Source: Betaproteobacteria bacterium Ga0077532 (GTDB lineage Bacteria > Pseudomonadota > Gammaproteobacteria > Burkholderiales > Ga0077523). From it: a stretch of 64,000 nt of DNA. The notes under the pieces were generated by a model. It was not told the origin of the DNA. It made no database searches and saw nothing but the letters and a program-made list of their open reading frames with translations. The translations under genes were made by a program, and so were the position numbers. This document shows positions 45,955 to 57,556 of this stretch, one piece after another; position 1 is the first letter of the stretch, and every line of letters begins with the position of its first letter. The stretch is from the NCBI GenBank assembly GCA_001464895.1, contig LNEE01000062.1, positions 64,333 to 128,332 of the forward strand, in the 5' to 3' direction.

Positions 45955-48546
45955 TCACAGCCAGAGCATCATCCCCAGCTCCTGCGGGTGCGTCAGCAGC
46001 TCGTGATACGGATACAGGCGCACGCGGTACTCGAGCCTGCCGCACATCTCGGGGGTCAGTTCGAGTACGAAGCGATGCTCGCCCTGCTCGGTGCGCGTGC
46101 CCTCGGCTTCGAAGCGGAAGTGCGCCGTCTGCTTCAGGGCGGGCTCGTGGGTGTGGCGCCCCATCACGAGCTCGAGCATGACGTCTTCGGGTTGCAGGCC
46201 ACCCAGTTGCACGGCGACCTCGATCCGCACCCCCTGTCCGAAGGGAATGCGCTTCGTCGGCGTGTCGAGGCGGCGCATCTTCACGTGCGGCCAGTTCGAC
46301 CGCACGTGCGCCTTCCATTCCGCGACCCGGCGCGCACCCGCGAAGCCGGTTTCGCTGAAGCGGCGCCACTGGCGCGTGGCCGGCAGGTAGAAGTTGCCCA
46401 CGTACTCCTGAACCATCCGCAGCGAGTTGAAGCGCGGCAGGAGGGTGGCCATGGAGCGCTTCGCCATCCGCACCCACTCGGGCGAGTAGCCCATCTCGTT
46501 CCGCGTGTAGTAGGCCGGAATCACATGGTCCTGCAGGAGTTCGTAGAGCGTCTTCGCCTCCTCGGTATTGCGACGATGCTCGTCCATGCCCTCCGACACG
46601 GGCTTGATCGCCCAGCCGTTGCGACCGTCGTAGCCTTCGTCCCACCAGCCGTCGCACACCGAGAGATTCAGCACGCCGTTGATGCCCGCCTTCATGCCCG
46701 ATGTTCCGCTCGCCTCGAGCGGATAGACGGGATTGTTGAGCCACACGTCCACCCCGGACACCAGGCGCCGCGCGAGGCGGAGGTCGTAGTTCTCGGTGAA
46801 GAGGACACGCCCTTCGAACTCGGGCATGCGCGCGACCTGGCAGATGCGCCGGATGAGGTCCTGGCCGGGCACGTCGGCGGGATGCGCCTTGCCGGCGAAC
46901 ACGAATACGACAGGGCGCTTCTCGTCGCCGATGATCTGCCGCAACCACGCCGGATCGTGGAACAGCAGGGACGCGCGCTTGTACGTGGCGAACCGCCGCG
47001 CGAAGCCGATGGTGAGGACGTTCGGATTCGCGGGGTCGGTGTACTTCAGCAACCGGTCGAGATGCGCCTCGGACCCCTTGTTGCGGAAGTGCTGCGCCGA
47101 GATGCGATGGCGCACGAGGTGCAACATCTGCGCCTTCAGCGACTGGCGCACGCTCCAGAAGAGATGGTCGGGGATCGCGTCCACCTGGTCCCAGAAGTGG
47201 ACGTCGGTGACGTGGTGGCTCCAGTCGAAGCCGAGATACCGCTCGAAGACGTCGCCCCACTGCTGCGCGAGGAACGTCGGCACGTGCACGCCGTTGGTGA
47301 CATACCCGATGGGGTTGTCGTCGGGATCGATCTCCGGCCACATCGACTGGAGGATCTGCGACGACACGCCGCCGTGGATGCGCGAGACGCCGTTGTGGAA
47401 GCGCGACCCCCGGATCGCGAGCGCGGTCATGTTGAACTCGTGACCGTCGCGCGTGCGACCCATCGCGAGGAAGTCCTCCTGCGGCAGCCCGAGTTCCGCC
47501 GCAAAGCGCTCGAAGTAGTGGGTCATCATGTCTTCGGCGAAGTGGTCGTGACCCGCAGGTACGGGTGTGTGGGTCGTGAACACGGTGTTCGCGGCGACGG
47601 CTTCCTGGGCCGTCGGGAAGTCCATGCCCTGTTGCACCATCGCGCGCATGCGCTCCAGCACGAGGAACGCCGCGTGGCCCTCGTTGATGTGCCAGACGGT
47701 GGGCTTGTGGCCGAGGGCCGCCAGGGCGCGCACGCCGCCGATGCCGAGGATGATCTCCTGCTCGATGCGATCCTTGCGGTCGCCGCCGTAGAGCCGGTGG
47801 GTGATGTCTCGATCGTCGGCCGCGTTGGCTTCGAGATCGGTGTCCAGCAGCACCAGCGTCACGTGGCCGATGGTGACGCGCCAGACCTTGACGGTGACCG
47901 TGCGTCCGGGGAGGTCCACGTGTACCAGCACCTCCGTGCCGTCCTCGCGGAGCACGGGCTCCACCGGCATCTCGTCGAAGTCGGAATCGGAGTAGGAGGC
48001 GTGCTGGTTGCCATCGGCATCGATGGTCTGCGAGAAATAGCCCTGCCGATACAGAAGCCCCACGCCGACGAACGGCAACCGCATGTCGCTCGCGGCCTTG
48101 CAGTGGTCTCCGGCGAGGATACCGAGCCCGCCCGAATAGATGGGGAGCGACTCATGGAAGCCGAACTCCGCGCAGAAGTACGCGACGAGATCGTTGGCGC
48201 GCAGCCATTCCGAGCCATCGCGGCGCAGGGGTTCGTCGTGGTACGTGTCGTATACCGACAGGACGCGGTTGAAGCTGTTGAGGAACACCGGGTCGTCGGC
48301 GGCCTGCAACAAGCGCTTCTCGTCGATCCGCTTCAGGAATGCCTTCGGGTTGTGGCCGACGGCATCCCATAGCCGGGTGTGCAGCCTCTGGAAGAGCGAG
48401 CGCGTGGGGCGATCCCAGCTGTACCAGAGGTTTCCGGCGAGCTCCTCGAGCCGCTCGAGTCGCTTCGGGATCTTCGGGTTGACCTCGAGGATGAAGGAAG
48501 TGCCTGGGGCCATGGGGCGGTCGCTCGTCGGTACGTGGAGATGCAC
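45955..48546 (-). CDS. glgP: Alpha-glucan phosphorylase (GT35, glycogen/maltodextrin phosphorylase family)
   Basis: 863 aa with ELAGNLWYSWD, GGLGILAGDH and EASGTSGMKAGINGVLNLSVCDGWW (the PLP Lys context). An alternative start lies at 48513 (MAPGTSF). Confidence 0.9.
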   Translation of the reverse strand: MHLHVPTSDRPMAPGTSFILEVNPKIPKRLERLEELAGNLWYSWDRPTRSLFQRLHTRLWDAVGHNPKAFLKRIDEKRLLQAADDPVFLNSFNRVLSVYDTYHDEPLRRDGSEWLRANDLVAYFCAEFGFHESLPIYSGGLGILAGDHCKAASDMRLPFVGVGLLYRQGYFSQTIDADGNQHASYSDSDFDEMPVEPVLREDGTEVLVHVDLPGRTVTVKVWRVTIGHVTLVLLDTDLEANAADDRDITHRLYGGDRKDRIEQEIILGIGGVRALAALGHKPTVWHINEGHAAFLVLERMRAMVQQGMDFPTAQEAVAANTVFTTHTPVPAGHDHFAEDMMTHYFERFAAELGLPQEDFLAMGRTRDGHEFNMTALAIRGSRFHNGVSRIHGGVSSQILQSMWPEIDPDDNPIGYVTNGVHVPTFLAQQWGDVFERYLGFDWSHHVTDVHFWDQVDAIPDHLFWSVRQSLKAQMLHLVRHRISAQHFRNKGSEAHLDRLLKYTDPANPNVLTIGFARRFATYKRASLLFHDPAWLRQIIGDEKRPVVFVFAGKAHPADVPGQDLIRRICQVARMPEFEGRVLFTENYDLRLARRLVSGVDVWLNNPVYPLEASGTSGMKAGINGVLNLSVCDGWWDEGYDGRNGWAIKPVSEGMDEHRRNTEEAKTLYELLQDHVIPAYYTRNEMGYSPEWVRMAKRSMATLLPRFNSLRMVQEYVGNFYLPATRQWRRFSETGFAGARRVAEWKAHVRSNWPHVKMRRLDTPTKRIPFGQGVRIEVAVQLGGLQPEDVMLELVMGRHTHEPALKQTAHFRFEAEGTRTEQGEHRFVLELTPEMCGRLEYRVRLYPYHELLTHPQELGMMLWL

Positions 48547-48583
48547 GGGATTCTATCCCTTGCACCCCCACGCAGACGGCCCT

Positions 48584-49918
<1,335 letters not shown>

Positions 49919-49990
49919 GGGGATTCTCGCAATGCAGGGTTCGGACGGCGTTCGAGGGAAAGGGCCGGGCGCTCGCGCCGGCACCTCGCG

Positions 49991-50530
49991 TCAGTCGAGC
50001 GTCTCGATGGTGTGGGACTGGTTCGTGTAGATGCAGATGTCGCCGGCGATGGTGAGCGCCTTCTTCACGATGTCACCCGGGCCCAGCTCGGTGTTCTCGA
50101 GCAGTGCGCGGGCCGCCGCCTGGGCGTACGACCCGCCGCTGCCGATGGCCACGAGGCCCAGCTCGGGTTCGAGGACGTCGCCCGTACCCGTGATGATGAG
50201 CGAGCTCTGGCGATCGGCGACAGCGAGCATCGCTTCGAGGCGCCGCAGGATGCGGTCGGTGCGCCAGTCCTTCGCGAGTTCGACAGCAGAGCGCACGAGA
50301 TGCCCCTGATGCTTCTCGAGCTTCGACTCGAAGCGCTCGAAGAGCGTGAAGGCATCGGCGGTGCCGCCGGCGAACCCGGCGAGGATGCGGTCGTGGTGCA
50401 GGCGCCGGACCTTCCGCGCCGTGGACTTCACGACGATGTGGCCGAGGGTGACTTGGCCGTCGCCACCGAGGGCGACACGCTCGCCGCGGCGGACCGACAC
50501 GATGGTCGTGCCATGGAACTGCTCGCTCAT
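49991..50530 (-). CDS. hslV: HslV peptidase subunit
   Basis: ORF is trimmed to the ATG at 50528-50530. [16 protein letters not shown] shows the Thr active-site context, with [14 protein letters not shown]. Confidence 0.95.
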   Translation of the reverse strand: MSEQFHGTTIVSVRRGERVALGGDGQVTLGHIVVKSTARKVRRLHHDRILAGFAGGTADAFTLFERFESKLEKHQGHLVRSAVELAKDWRTDRILRRLEAMLAVADRQSSLIITGTGDVLEPELGLVAIGSGGSYAQAAARALLENTELGPGDIVKKALTIAGDICIYTNQSHTIETLD

Positions 50531-50540
50531 TGGGGTTCCG

Positions 50541-51575
50541 TCACGACTTGGGGATACCGACGATGGTGGCACTGCGGCCGAGATTCAAGAGTTCGAAGAG
50601 CACGGTGACCAGTTGGTTGGGCCGGATGAGCCGGACGGTGCGCGACTGGGCCGCCGCGGCCTCGACGATGCCGGCCAGCGTCTGCGCGGCCAAGGGGTCC
50701 ATGCGGTCCACGGACGACACATCGAGATTCACGTACTGGTTGACCGCCGCGTACTCGGCAACGGCGATGAGCTGCGGGTCCTCGGCGCCGGTGATGTTGC
50801 CCGTGAGCCGCAGGCTCTCGCGCTTCGTGTATCGGGGTTCCTCGCGCCGTTCGGCGGTGGCGGGCTGCGCGGCCTGTGGCAGAGGCAACGCCTCCCACGC
50901 CGGCGCCGCGACGTTGGCCGCGAGCGCGTACTCCAGCGCGGTCCGCTCGAAGCGCTCGCGATCCTGCGCGAGACGCAGCGTGAGGAGCTGCAGTTCCCAA
51001 ACGGCAGTGAGCGCCGGCCGCTGCCCGAGGAGCGGGACCAGACGCCGGGCGAATTCCTCGGCGCCCGTCAGCACGAGCCCGGTGCCGCCAGTCACGAGAT
51101 CCTGCAGGACGGCGCGCAACAGCCCGCAGCCGACGGCCTCGGCCGAGGTGAGCCGCGAGAGATCGAGATGCAGAACTGGATGCCGGTCCGCTGCAGCCCG
51201 CAGTGTCGCGAGCGCCGCCATCTGGGATGCGTCGAGCGCGCCGCCGAGGGACACGCACCCCGCACCGCCGGGCCGCAACGCGTCGGGAAGCCGGGACTCG
51301 CGCAGATGGCGGTCCCGTTCGGAGGGGGGGTCCTCGCCGAAGCGCATGCGATAGCGTGCGACGAGGGCCTCGTACTGCGTCCACCGGCCGCTCATGCGCT
51401 CGATCTCGAGCAGCAGATGCCAGGGACGGGCCAACTCCGAGGACGCCGCGACAGCCGCCTCGAGAACACCGCGCGCCGAGAGCGTGTCGCCGCGCGCGTG
51501 CATGAGCGCGGCCTGCCGCACGGCATCGGGCAGTCCGGGTGCCAGCTCGGTCACTTCGAAGGGATCGGAACTCAT
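50541..51575 (-). CDS. Hypothetical protein with a helical N-terminal domain and two STAS-like domains
   Basis: ORF is trimmed to the ATG at 51573-51575 ([14 protein letters not shown]). Two segments have the anti-sigma-antagonist/STAS pattern: [18 protein letters not shown]...[20 protein letters not shown] and [12 protein letters not shown]...[24 protein letters not shown]...[20 protein letters not shown]. Its stop is 10 nt before the hslV start. Confidence 0.65.
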   Translation of the reverse strand: MSSDPFEVTELAPGLPDAVRQAALMHARGDTLSARGVLEAAVAASSELARPWHLLLEIERMSGRWTQYEALVARYRMRFGEDPPSERDRHLRESRLPDALRPGGAGCVSLGGALDASQMAALATLRAAADRHPVLHLDLSRLTSAEAVGCGLLRAVLQDLVTGGTGLVLTGAEEFARRLVPLLGQRPALTAVWELQLLTLRLAQDRERFERTALEYALAANVAAPAWEALPLPQAAQPATAERREEPRYTKRESLRLTGNITGAEDPQLIAVAEYAAVNQYVNLDVSSVDRMDPLAAQTLAGIVEAAAAQSRTVRLIRPNQLVTVLFELLNLGRSATIVGIPKS

Positions 51576-51715
51576 GGAGCGCGATTCACGGCGGCGGAAG
51601 ACCGCCCGCCGTGACCTGTGGGTCGACGAAGAGGACGAAGGGTAATCGCGGCCCCGGGCGGGGTGCAACCGCGGGGCCCTGCCGAGTCCGGGCCGGCGGC
51701 TCGGCGATCGACTCC

Positions 51716-53752
51716 TCAGAACGACCCGTTCACGCCGACCATGAAGTTCCGGCCCGCCATCGGCGCGATGTCCTTCAGCGTCGACGTATGGATGCGGATC
51801 TCCTCGTTCAACAGGTTGTTCGCGCGGAGGAAGAGTTCGAGCTTCACGGGCAGCATCTGCGGAACCACGTACGTGAGGCGGGCGTTCACGAGCGTGTAAC
51901 CGTCGGTCGCCAGCTCGTTGTCCGTGACGCGATTCTGGCTGCTGGCGCGGATGGCTTCGACGCGGCCGGTCATGCCGGCCTCGCGCCAGGTCGCCGCGAC
52001 CGACATCCGGAGCGGGGCGATGCGCGGCAACGGGGTGCCCGTGGTGGCGTTCTCTGCGCGGGTGTAGTCGCCGCGGACGTCCACGTGGAACTCGCGATCC
52101 TCGATGTCGACGATGTGGAAGCGCGCCTCGGCCTCGACACCCCGAAGGTTGGCGCGGACCCCTTCGAACGTGGAGATCGGAAGTCCGGTGCCGCCGTCGA
52201 CGGCCCCGGTGGGCAGCAGCGCGATGAAATTCGAGAACCGCTGGGCGAAGACGCCGATGCTGCCGGTGGTGGACCCGGAGCGCTTGCGGATGGCGAGGTC
52301 GATGGCGGTGGAGCGCTCCAGCCGCTGCCCGCGGTTACCCACTTCGAAGAGGCCGGTCGCGATGTGCGGGCCGTTGGCGAACACCTCGGCGTAGTTGGGC
52401 GCGCGCTCGGTGTAGGAGAGGTTCGCGGCGATGGCGTACTCGCCACCGAACGGGTACAGCGCGCCGGCCGATCCGCTGCTCGCGGTGAAGTCGCGCGACT
52501 CGGTCGGCGTGAAGTTGGGCAGTTGCTCGTCGGCGGTCATCCGGACGCTGTCGACGCGGGCGCCGGCCGAGAAGCGGATCGGCCCGATCGGGGCTTCCTC
52601 GTACACGAATGCCGACGCCGTCCGCGTGTTGACGGGCGGGACGAAGGCCTCGTCGCCGAGTGCCTGGAAGCGCGAGTTCTGGAGCTGGAACCCGAACGCG
52701 CCCTCCAGCAGGCCGACCTTGCGATGGCGCAGGTCGAGGCGGGCGTCGTAGCCCTTGTGCTTGAAGGTCGTGCCGGGGTCCACGCCCTCGAACTCGGTGT
52801 GGCGATAGTCGGTGTAGCCCACATGGAGCTTGGCGGTCTCGACGAAGCCGAGGTCGCGCAACTCGCCCGCGAGATCGTAGCGATTCTGGCGCTGGTCGAT
52901 CGTCACCTCGCGCTCGGCGACCGTGCCGTAGTTGCTGTTGTACTGCGCGGCCGAGATGCCGAGGTGACCGCGCTCGAAGAGCGCCGAGCCGCCCACGGCC
53001 ATGCCGTCGGTGGTGCTCGCGCTGTTGGGCAGGCGGTTGCGCGCCGTGTTCTCGGGGTTGGTCGGGTCGGTGGCGATCCTGCGGGCAGACCACGCGAGGC
53101 CGGGGATGCGCAGGTCACTCGTGTCGCGCCGGAAGGCGTCCACGTGCAGCGCGAACTTCTCGGTGCCGCCGTCCAGTTTCACGACGCCAGCGCGCTCGTC
53201 CGCCGCGCCACCCAGCCGGAGCTGCGCGGCCCCGCTGATGCCTTTCTCGGGGGCGAACGCGGGAATGCGGTTGTCGATGGCGTTCACCACGCCGCCGATG
53301 GCAGACCCACCGTAGAGGAGAGTTGCGGGGCCGCGCACGATCTCGATGCGATCGACCGTGAGGGGTTCGACGGCCACGCCATGGTCGGGACTCGACCCGG
53401 ACGCATCGAGCACGGCCGTGCCGTTCTGGAGGATCCGCACCCGTTCGCCGTCGAGGCCACGGATGATGGGCCGGCTCGCATTGGGCCCGAAGTAGCTGGA
53501 GCTGATCCCCGTCTCGTTCGCGAGGGTCTCGCCGAGCGTCGACTCGAGGCGGAGGCCGAGCTTCGCGCCCTCCAGCACATCGGCCGGACGCACCATGTCG
53601 AGCAGCGCGCTGCCAAGCGGGTTGCCGGTGATGATCACGGGCGGCGCTTCGACCGCGCCACCCCCGCCGTTGGTGCGCGGCGGCTGCTGGCCCTGGACGA
53701 CCGCCGGTAGCGCGACGAGAACAGTGAGACCGAGGCGGGAGAGCATCTTCAT
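51716..53752 (-). CDS. TonB-dependent outer membrane receptor
   Basis: ORF is trimmed to the ATG at 53750-53752 (MKMLSRLGLTVLVALPAVVQG). The plug has RPIIRGLDGERVRILQNG and the TonB-box-like PPVIITGN. The barrel ends in the aromatic VGVNGSF. Confidence 0.9.
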   Translation of the reverse strand: MKMLSRLGLTVLVALPAVVQGQQPPRTNGGGGAVEAPPVIITGNPLGSALLDMVRPADVLEGAKLGLRLESTLGETLANETGISSSYFGPNASRPIIRGLDGERVRILQNGTAVLDASGSSPDHGVAVEPLTVDRIEIVRGPATLLYGGSAIGGVVNAIDNRIPAFAPEKGISGAAQLRLGGAADERAGVVKLDGGTEKFALHVDAFRRDTSDLRIPGLAWSARRIATDPTNPENTARNRLPNSASTTDGMAVGGSALFERGHLGISAAQYNSNYGTVAEREVTIDQRQNRYDLAGELRDLGFVETAKLHVGYTDYRHTEFEGVDPGTTFKHKGYDARLDLRHRKVGLLEGAFGFQLQNSRFQALGDEAFVPPVNTRTASAFVYEEAPIGPIRFSAGARVDSVRMTADEQLPNFTPTESRDFTASSGSAGALYPFGGEYAIAANLSYTERAPNYAEVFANGPHIATGLFEVGNRGQRLERSTAIDLAIRKRSGSTTGSIGVFAQRFSNFIALLPTGAVDGGTGLPISTFEGVRANLRGVEAEARFHIVDIEDREFHVDVRGDYTRAENATTGTPLPRIAPLRMSVAATWREAGMTGRVEAIRASSQNRVTDNELATDGYTLVNARLTYVVPQMLPVKLELFLRANNLLNEEIRIHTSTLKDIAPMAGRNFMVGVNGSF

Positions 53753-53929
53753 GGCGGCGTTCCGGGTCCTGGGGAGCATGCGAGCGGCGGCGACACGGGG
53801 TGGGAGGTGAAACATTGTTGCGATGAGGGGCAGGAGTCTAGACCCGTTCGCGGCCGCGTGTCATCCGCGCGCCGATCACCCGCCAGTCCCACTCACACCC
53901 CGGCCCCACCCGCCGGCTGGCGAGCCCGC

Positions 53930-54574
53930 TCAGAACTCGGCGGTGAGGGCCGGCCCTTCGTGCGGTGTGTCGTCCCAGTGGGTCAGCCGGAGGCGGGTGC
54001 CGTCCCACACGAGGCGGTTGATGCTGGCGTTGTCGACCGTGAAGGTCCGCGGGGCATCGAGCTTCATCCCGGTGGCGAGCCGGTAGATCTGATCGAGCAC
54101 GCCGCCGTGGGTGACGACGAGAACGGCCTCGCCGGCATGCCGGTTCGCGATCTCGGTCAGCACCTCCGCCACGCGCTCGCGCAGCACGACCAGGCTCTCG
54201 CCGTGCTCGAAGTGCACGTGCAGATCGCGCGCCTTGTAGCGCACGAACATGTCCGGGAACTGGCGCTCGGCCTCGGCGAACGTGAGGCCCTGGAAGACGC
54301 CGAGATGGCGCTCGCGGAGCCGCGGGTCGGTGACGATGTCCATCATGCGGCTGCTGGCCGTCGGCGCGGCGGTCTCGAGCGTGCGACCGAGATCGCTCGT
54401 GTAGATCGCTGCGAGCGGCTCGCCGACGAGGCGCGCGGCGAGGGCTTCGGCCTGCGCGCGACCGTCTTCATCGAGGCGGCTGTTGAGATGGCCCTGGATG
54501 CGCCCGGCAGCGTTCCATTCGGTCTGGCCGTGGCGCACGACGATGAGCCGCGTCGGCGCGGCGTGGGTGGTCAT
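53930..54574 (-). CDS. Histidine phosphatase family protein (phosphoglycerate mutase-like)
   Basis: ORF is trimmed to the ATG at 54572-54574. LIVVRHGQTEWN is the RHG motif, with a later VVTHGG. The start overlaps the rlmI-like stop by 4 nt. Confidence 0.88.
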   Translation of the reverse strand: MTTHAAPTRLIVVRHGQTEWNAAGRIQGHLNSRLDEDGRAQAEALAARLVGEPLAAIYTSDLGRTLETAAPTASSRMMDIVTDPRLRERHLGVFQGLTFAEAERQFPDMFVRYKARDLHVHFEHGESLVVLRERVAEVLTEIANRHAGEAVLVVTHGGVLDQIYRLATGMKLDAPRTFTVDNASINRLVWDGTRLRLTHWDDTPHEGPALTAEF

Positions 54575-55818
54575 ACCGTCTGACACAGGAGCCCCTTCAG
54601 ATACTCGCCCTCGGGAAAGCCGAGGCTCACGGGATGATCCGCGGCGGCGCTCATGTGATGCAGCAGCCGCACGTTCGTGCCGGCATCGGCCGCGGCGCCG
54701 GCGACGATCTTCTGGAAGAGATCGCGCGACACGCCGCCCGAGCACGAGAACGTGAAGAGCAGGCCACCCGGGCGAAGCAGGCGCAGCGCCCAGAGATTGA
54801 TGTCCTTGTATCCGCGGGACGCGCGCTCGGCCATGGCAGCGGTCGGCGCGAACTTCGGCGGGTCGAGCACGATCACGTCGAACTGGCGGCCCTGGTCGCG
54901 GAACTTGCGCAGCTGGGCGAAGACATCGGCCTCGATGAAATCGGCGCGAGCCTCCGGCAGGCCATTCAGGTGCACGTGACGGCGCGCGGCGGCGAGCGCA
55001 TCCGCGGAGCTGTCGACCGCGGTGACGTATGCAGCGCCGCCCGCGAGCGCGTTCGCGGTGAAGCCGCCCGAGTAGCAGAAGCAGTCGAGCACCTCACGGC
55101 CCTCGACGAGGTCGCGCAGGAGCGCTCGGTTGTCGCGCTGATCGAGATAGAAGCCGGTCTTGTGACCATGCCGCACGTCGACTTCGTACACGAGGCCGGC
55201 CTCCTCCATCACGACCCGCTCGTCCGGCGCGCCACCCCGCAGGGCCTCGACGCGGGGCTGGATGCCCTCCAGCGCCATCACCTCGGCGTCGGAGCGTTCG
55301 AAGACACGCTCGATGCCCGTGGCGGCGACCAGCGCGTCGACGATGGCCTCGCGCCACCGCACGGCGCCGGTGCTCGAGAGCTGCACGACGAGGCAATCGC
55401 CGAAGCGGTCGACGACGACGCCGGGAAGTCCGTCGGCCTCGCCGTGCACGAGGCGGATGCCGGGGCGCTCGCCGGGCTCCACGATGTCGTCGCGCTGCGC
55501 AACCGCCCAGCGCACGCGCTCGGCGAAGAATGCGGCATCGATGCGCGCGGATTCGTGGAAGTCCCACACCCGCGCGCGGATGCGCGAGTCCGGGCTGAAG
55601 GCGCCCCAGCCCAGGAACCCACCCTTCGCGGAGCGGAGTTCGACGGTGTCGCCCGCGGCAGGGTCACCATCGGTCCGGGCGACAGCGCCGCTGAACACCC
55701 ACGGATGACGACGCTGGAGGGACCGTTCGCGATCGGGCAGGAGCGTGATGCGAGGCGTGCCGGACCTGCGCTCGCTCGGGGCGGCCGGCGGCGGGGGCTC
55801 GGTCTGGGATCGGGTCAT
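54571..55818 (-). CDS. rlmI: Class I SAM-dependent rRNA methyltransferase (RlmI/RlmK-like, PUA plus MTase)
   Basis: ORF is trimmed to the ATG at 55816-55818. It contains HPWVFSGAV, GLPGVVVDRFGDCLVVQ, KTGFYLDQRDNR, VLDCFCYSGGF and VIVLDPPKF. Confidence 0.8.
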   Translation of the reverse strand: MTRSQTEPPPPAAPSERRSGTPRITLLPDRERSLQRRHPWVFSGAVARTDGDPAAGDTVELRSAKGGFLGWGAFSPDSRIRARVWDFHESARIDAAFFAERVRWAVAQRDDIVEPGERPGIRLVHGEADGLPGVVVDRFGDCLVVQLSSTGAVRWREAIVDALVAATGIERVFERSDAEVMALEGIQPRVEALRGGAPDERVVMEEAGLVYEVDVRHGHKTGFYLDQRDNRALLRDLVEGREVLDCFCYSGGFTANALAGGAAYVTAVDSSADALAAARRHVHLNGLPEARADFIEADVFAQLRKFRDQGRQFDVIVLDPPKFAPTAAMAERASRGYKDINLWALRLLRPGGLLFTFSCSGGVSRDLFQKIVAGAAADAGTNVRLLHHMSAAADHPVSLGFPEGEYLKGLLCQTV

Positions 55819-55894
55819 GGCACTTGCACTCCTTGCGCGCGGAGGTGTTCCGCGTTCACGTGATTTCAGTGGTTCGGGTTCGAGGCCGCAGGCG

Positions 55895-56812
55895 TCAGGT
55901 GCCGGGCTTGCGCCGGGCCCTCGGATGGGCGGCATCGTAAGCCTTCGCGAGATGCTGCCAGTCGAGATGCGTGTAGACCTGCGTGGTGGAGATCGAGGCG
56001 TGACCCAGCAGCTCCTGCACCGCACGAAGGTCGCCACTCGATTGCAGCAGGTGCGAGGCGAAGGAATGGCGTAGCGCATGGGGGTACACGCGGCCCTCGA
56101 TGCCCCGGGCCGCCGCCCGCGCCCGCAGGCTCTTGCGCACCGTGTCCTGCGCGAGGGAACCGCCGCGGCGGGACACGAAGACGCGCCGCTCGTCGGGCGC
56201 GGCCCACTCCGGTCGCCGCGTGAGCCACCGGGCCACGGCTTCCGCCGCCTGGGTGCCCACCGGCACGACACGCGTGCGGGAGCCCTTGCCGGTCACGCGC
56301 ACCGTGCGTGCGACGAGGTCGATGTCGTGGATCTCGAGCGCGAGCGTCTCGCCGATGCGCAGCCCGGACGAGTACACCAGTTCGAGCAGCGCGAGATCGC
56401 GGATCGCGAGATCGTCGTTCTCCGTCCCGTCGAGCAGACGGGCGGTCTGGTCTGGCGACAACGTCGTCGGCAGCCGCTTCGGCGATCGCGGGGCCCGAAG
56501 CCCTCGACCCGGATTGGCGACGAGGCCGTGGTCGCGCACGAGATAGTCGAAGAACGATCGCCAGGCCGAGAGCTTTCGCGCGAGACTCCTGCCGCCCAGC
56601 CCGGCCCCGTGGAGCCGGGCGACGAAGCGACGAAGGTCCTGCGTGCCGAGATCGCGCATCGGGCGGCCCGCCGCGAGCCGCAGGAGATCGCGGATGTCGC
56701 GCGCGTAGTTCTCGACGGTCAACGCCGCGAGCCGGCGCTCCCCAGCGAGATGGGCAATGAAACCGGCGAGGAGCGCGTCACCCCCGGTCGATGCCTCCGG
56801 ACTGCTAGCCAT
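55895..56812 (-). CDS. xerC: Tyrosine recombinase XerC
   Basis: 305 aa with the catalytic region HPHALRHSFASHLLQSSGDLRAVQELLGHASISTTQVYTH. It sits in the conserved dapF-DUF484-xerC context. Confidence 0.9.
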   Translation of the reverse strand: MASSPEASTGGDALLAGFIAHLAGERRLAALTVENYARDIRDLLRLAAGRPMRDLGTQDLRRFVARLHGAGLGGRSLARKLSAWRSFFDYLVRDHGLVANPGRGLRAPRSPKRLPTTLSPDQTARLLDGTENDDLAIRDLALLELVYSSGLRIGETLALEIHDIDLVARTVRVTGKGSRTRVVPVGTQAAEAVARWLTRRPEWAAPDERRVFVSRRGGSLAQDTVRKSLRARAAARGIEGRVYPHALRHSFASHLLQSSGDLRAVQELLGHASISTTQVYTHLDWQHLAKAYDAAHPRARRKPGT

Positions 56813-56836
56813 GGCGCGGAGTCCCCGCAGATGACA

Positions 56837-57556
56837 TCAAGCGGGCGGCATCAGCCGGGCGGCAGCGACGCTCACGAGATCGCCCAGACGCTGGACGTAG
56901 AGCGTCCCGACCTGCGGAGCGAAGCGGGCGGGGTCATCCGAGCCGAGGGCGAGAAGACCGAACGACTGCTCGATGCGCAGCGCGACGTATGCGAAGGAGG
57001 CCAGGTTGGCGGCGCCTTCGCCGAACCAGTCGGCGGTCTCGAACATCGGGTTCGCGCTGAGATAGGGCTGGTTCAGGCTCTCGGCAAACACGCGCACCTC
57101 GGGGCTGATCTCGCCGAACTCGGGGCGCGTGGAGCGCGCGCCGCCCCACAGACGCAGCGCGACGCTGGGCACGCCGAAGTCCTGCCGGAGGTTGTGATAG
57201 AGCGAGGTCAGCAGGCCTTCGAGATCGGTCGCCATCATGATCGCGAGCGTGATGCGGTGGAGCCGCTCGATGGTGAGGTCGTTCTCCTGACCGAACTGGA
57301 CCAACTCGCGCAGCTTCGTTTCGAGCGTGCGGGTCTTGTCGCGCAGCGTGACGATCTGGCGTTCGGAGATCGGAATCGCACGGCCGCCGTGCGGATGCGG
57401 GACGTAGATCTGGGCGAGCGTCTCGGCGTATTCGTCGAAGAACTCGGGATGATCCCGCAGATACTGGGCAACGTCGTCGGGATTGAGTCGCATGGGGGTC
57501 TGGGTTTCCAAGGGGTCCTGGGGATGGGGAAGGCCGGTGGGGTGGGAGCCGGTCAT
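56837..57556 (-). CDS. DUF484-family protein (YigA-like)
   Basis: [21 protein letters not shown] and [24 protein letters not shown] are typical of DUF484. The start at 57556 overlaps the dapF stop (ATGA). An alternative start lies at 57493. Confidence 0.85.
   Translation of the reverse strand: MTGSHPTGLPHPQDPLETQTPMRLNPDDVAQYLRDHPEFFDEYAETLAQIYVPHPHGGRAIPISERQIVTLRDKTRTLETKLRELVQFGQENDLTIERLHRITLAIMMATDLEGLLTSLYHNLRQDFGVPSVALRLWGGARSTRPEFGEISPEVRVFAESLNQPYLSANPMFETADWFGEGAANLASFAYVALRIEQSFGLLALGSDDPARFAPQVGTLYVQRLGDLVSVAAARLMPPA

Noticed and set aside
53753-53929. Cobalamin riboswitch or Fur/Zur box upstream of the TonB-dependent receptor
   Set aside because: No B12-box (GCCACTG-like) or riboswitch core was seen. 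The only AT-rich element is a 9-bp near-palindrome AACAATGTT, which is too short to call a metalloregulator site.
55895-56812. Tyrosine recombinase as a marker of an integrated mobile element
   Set aside because: It sits in the conserved housekeeping dapF-DUF484-xerC arrangement with normal composition and no att-like repeats or cargo. It is the chromosomal dimer-resolution XerC.
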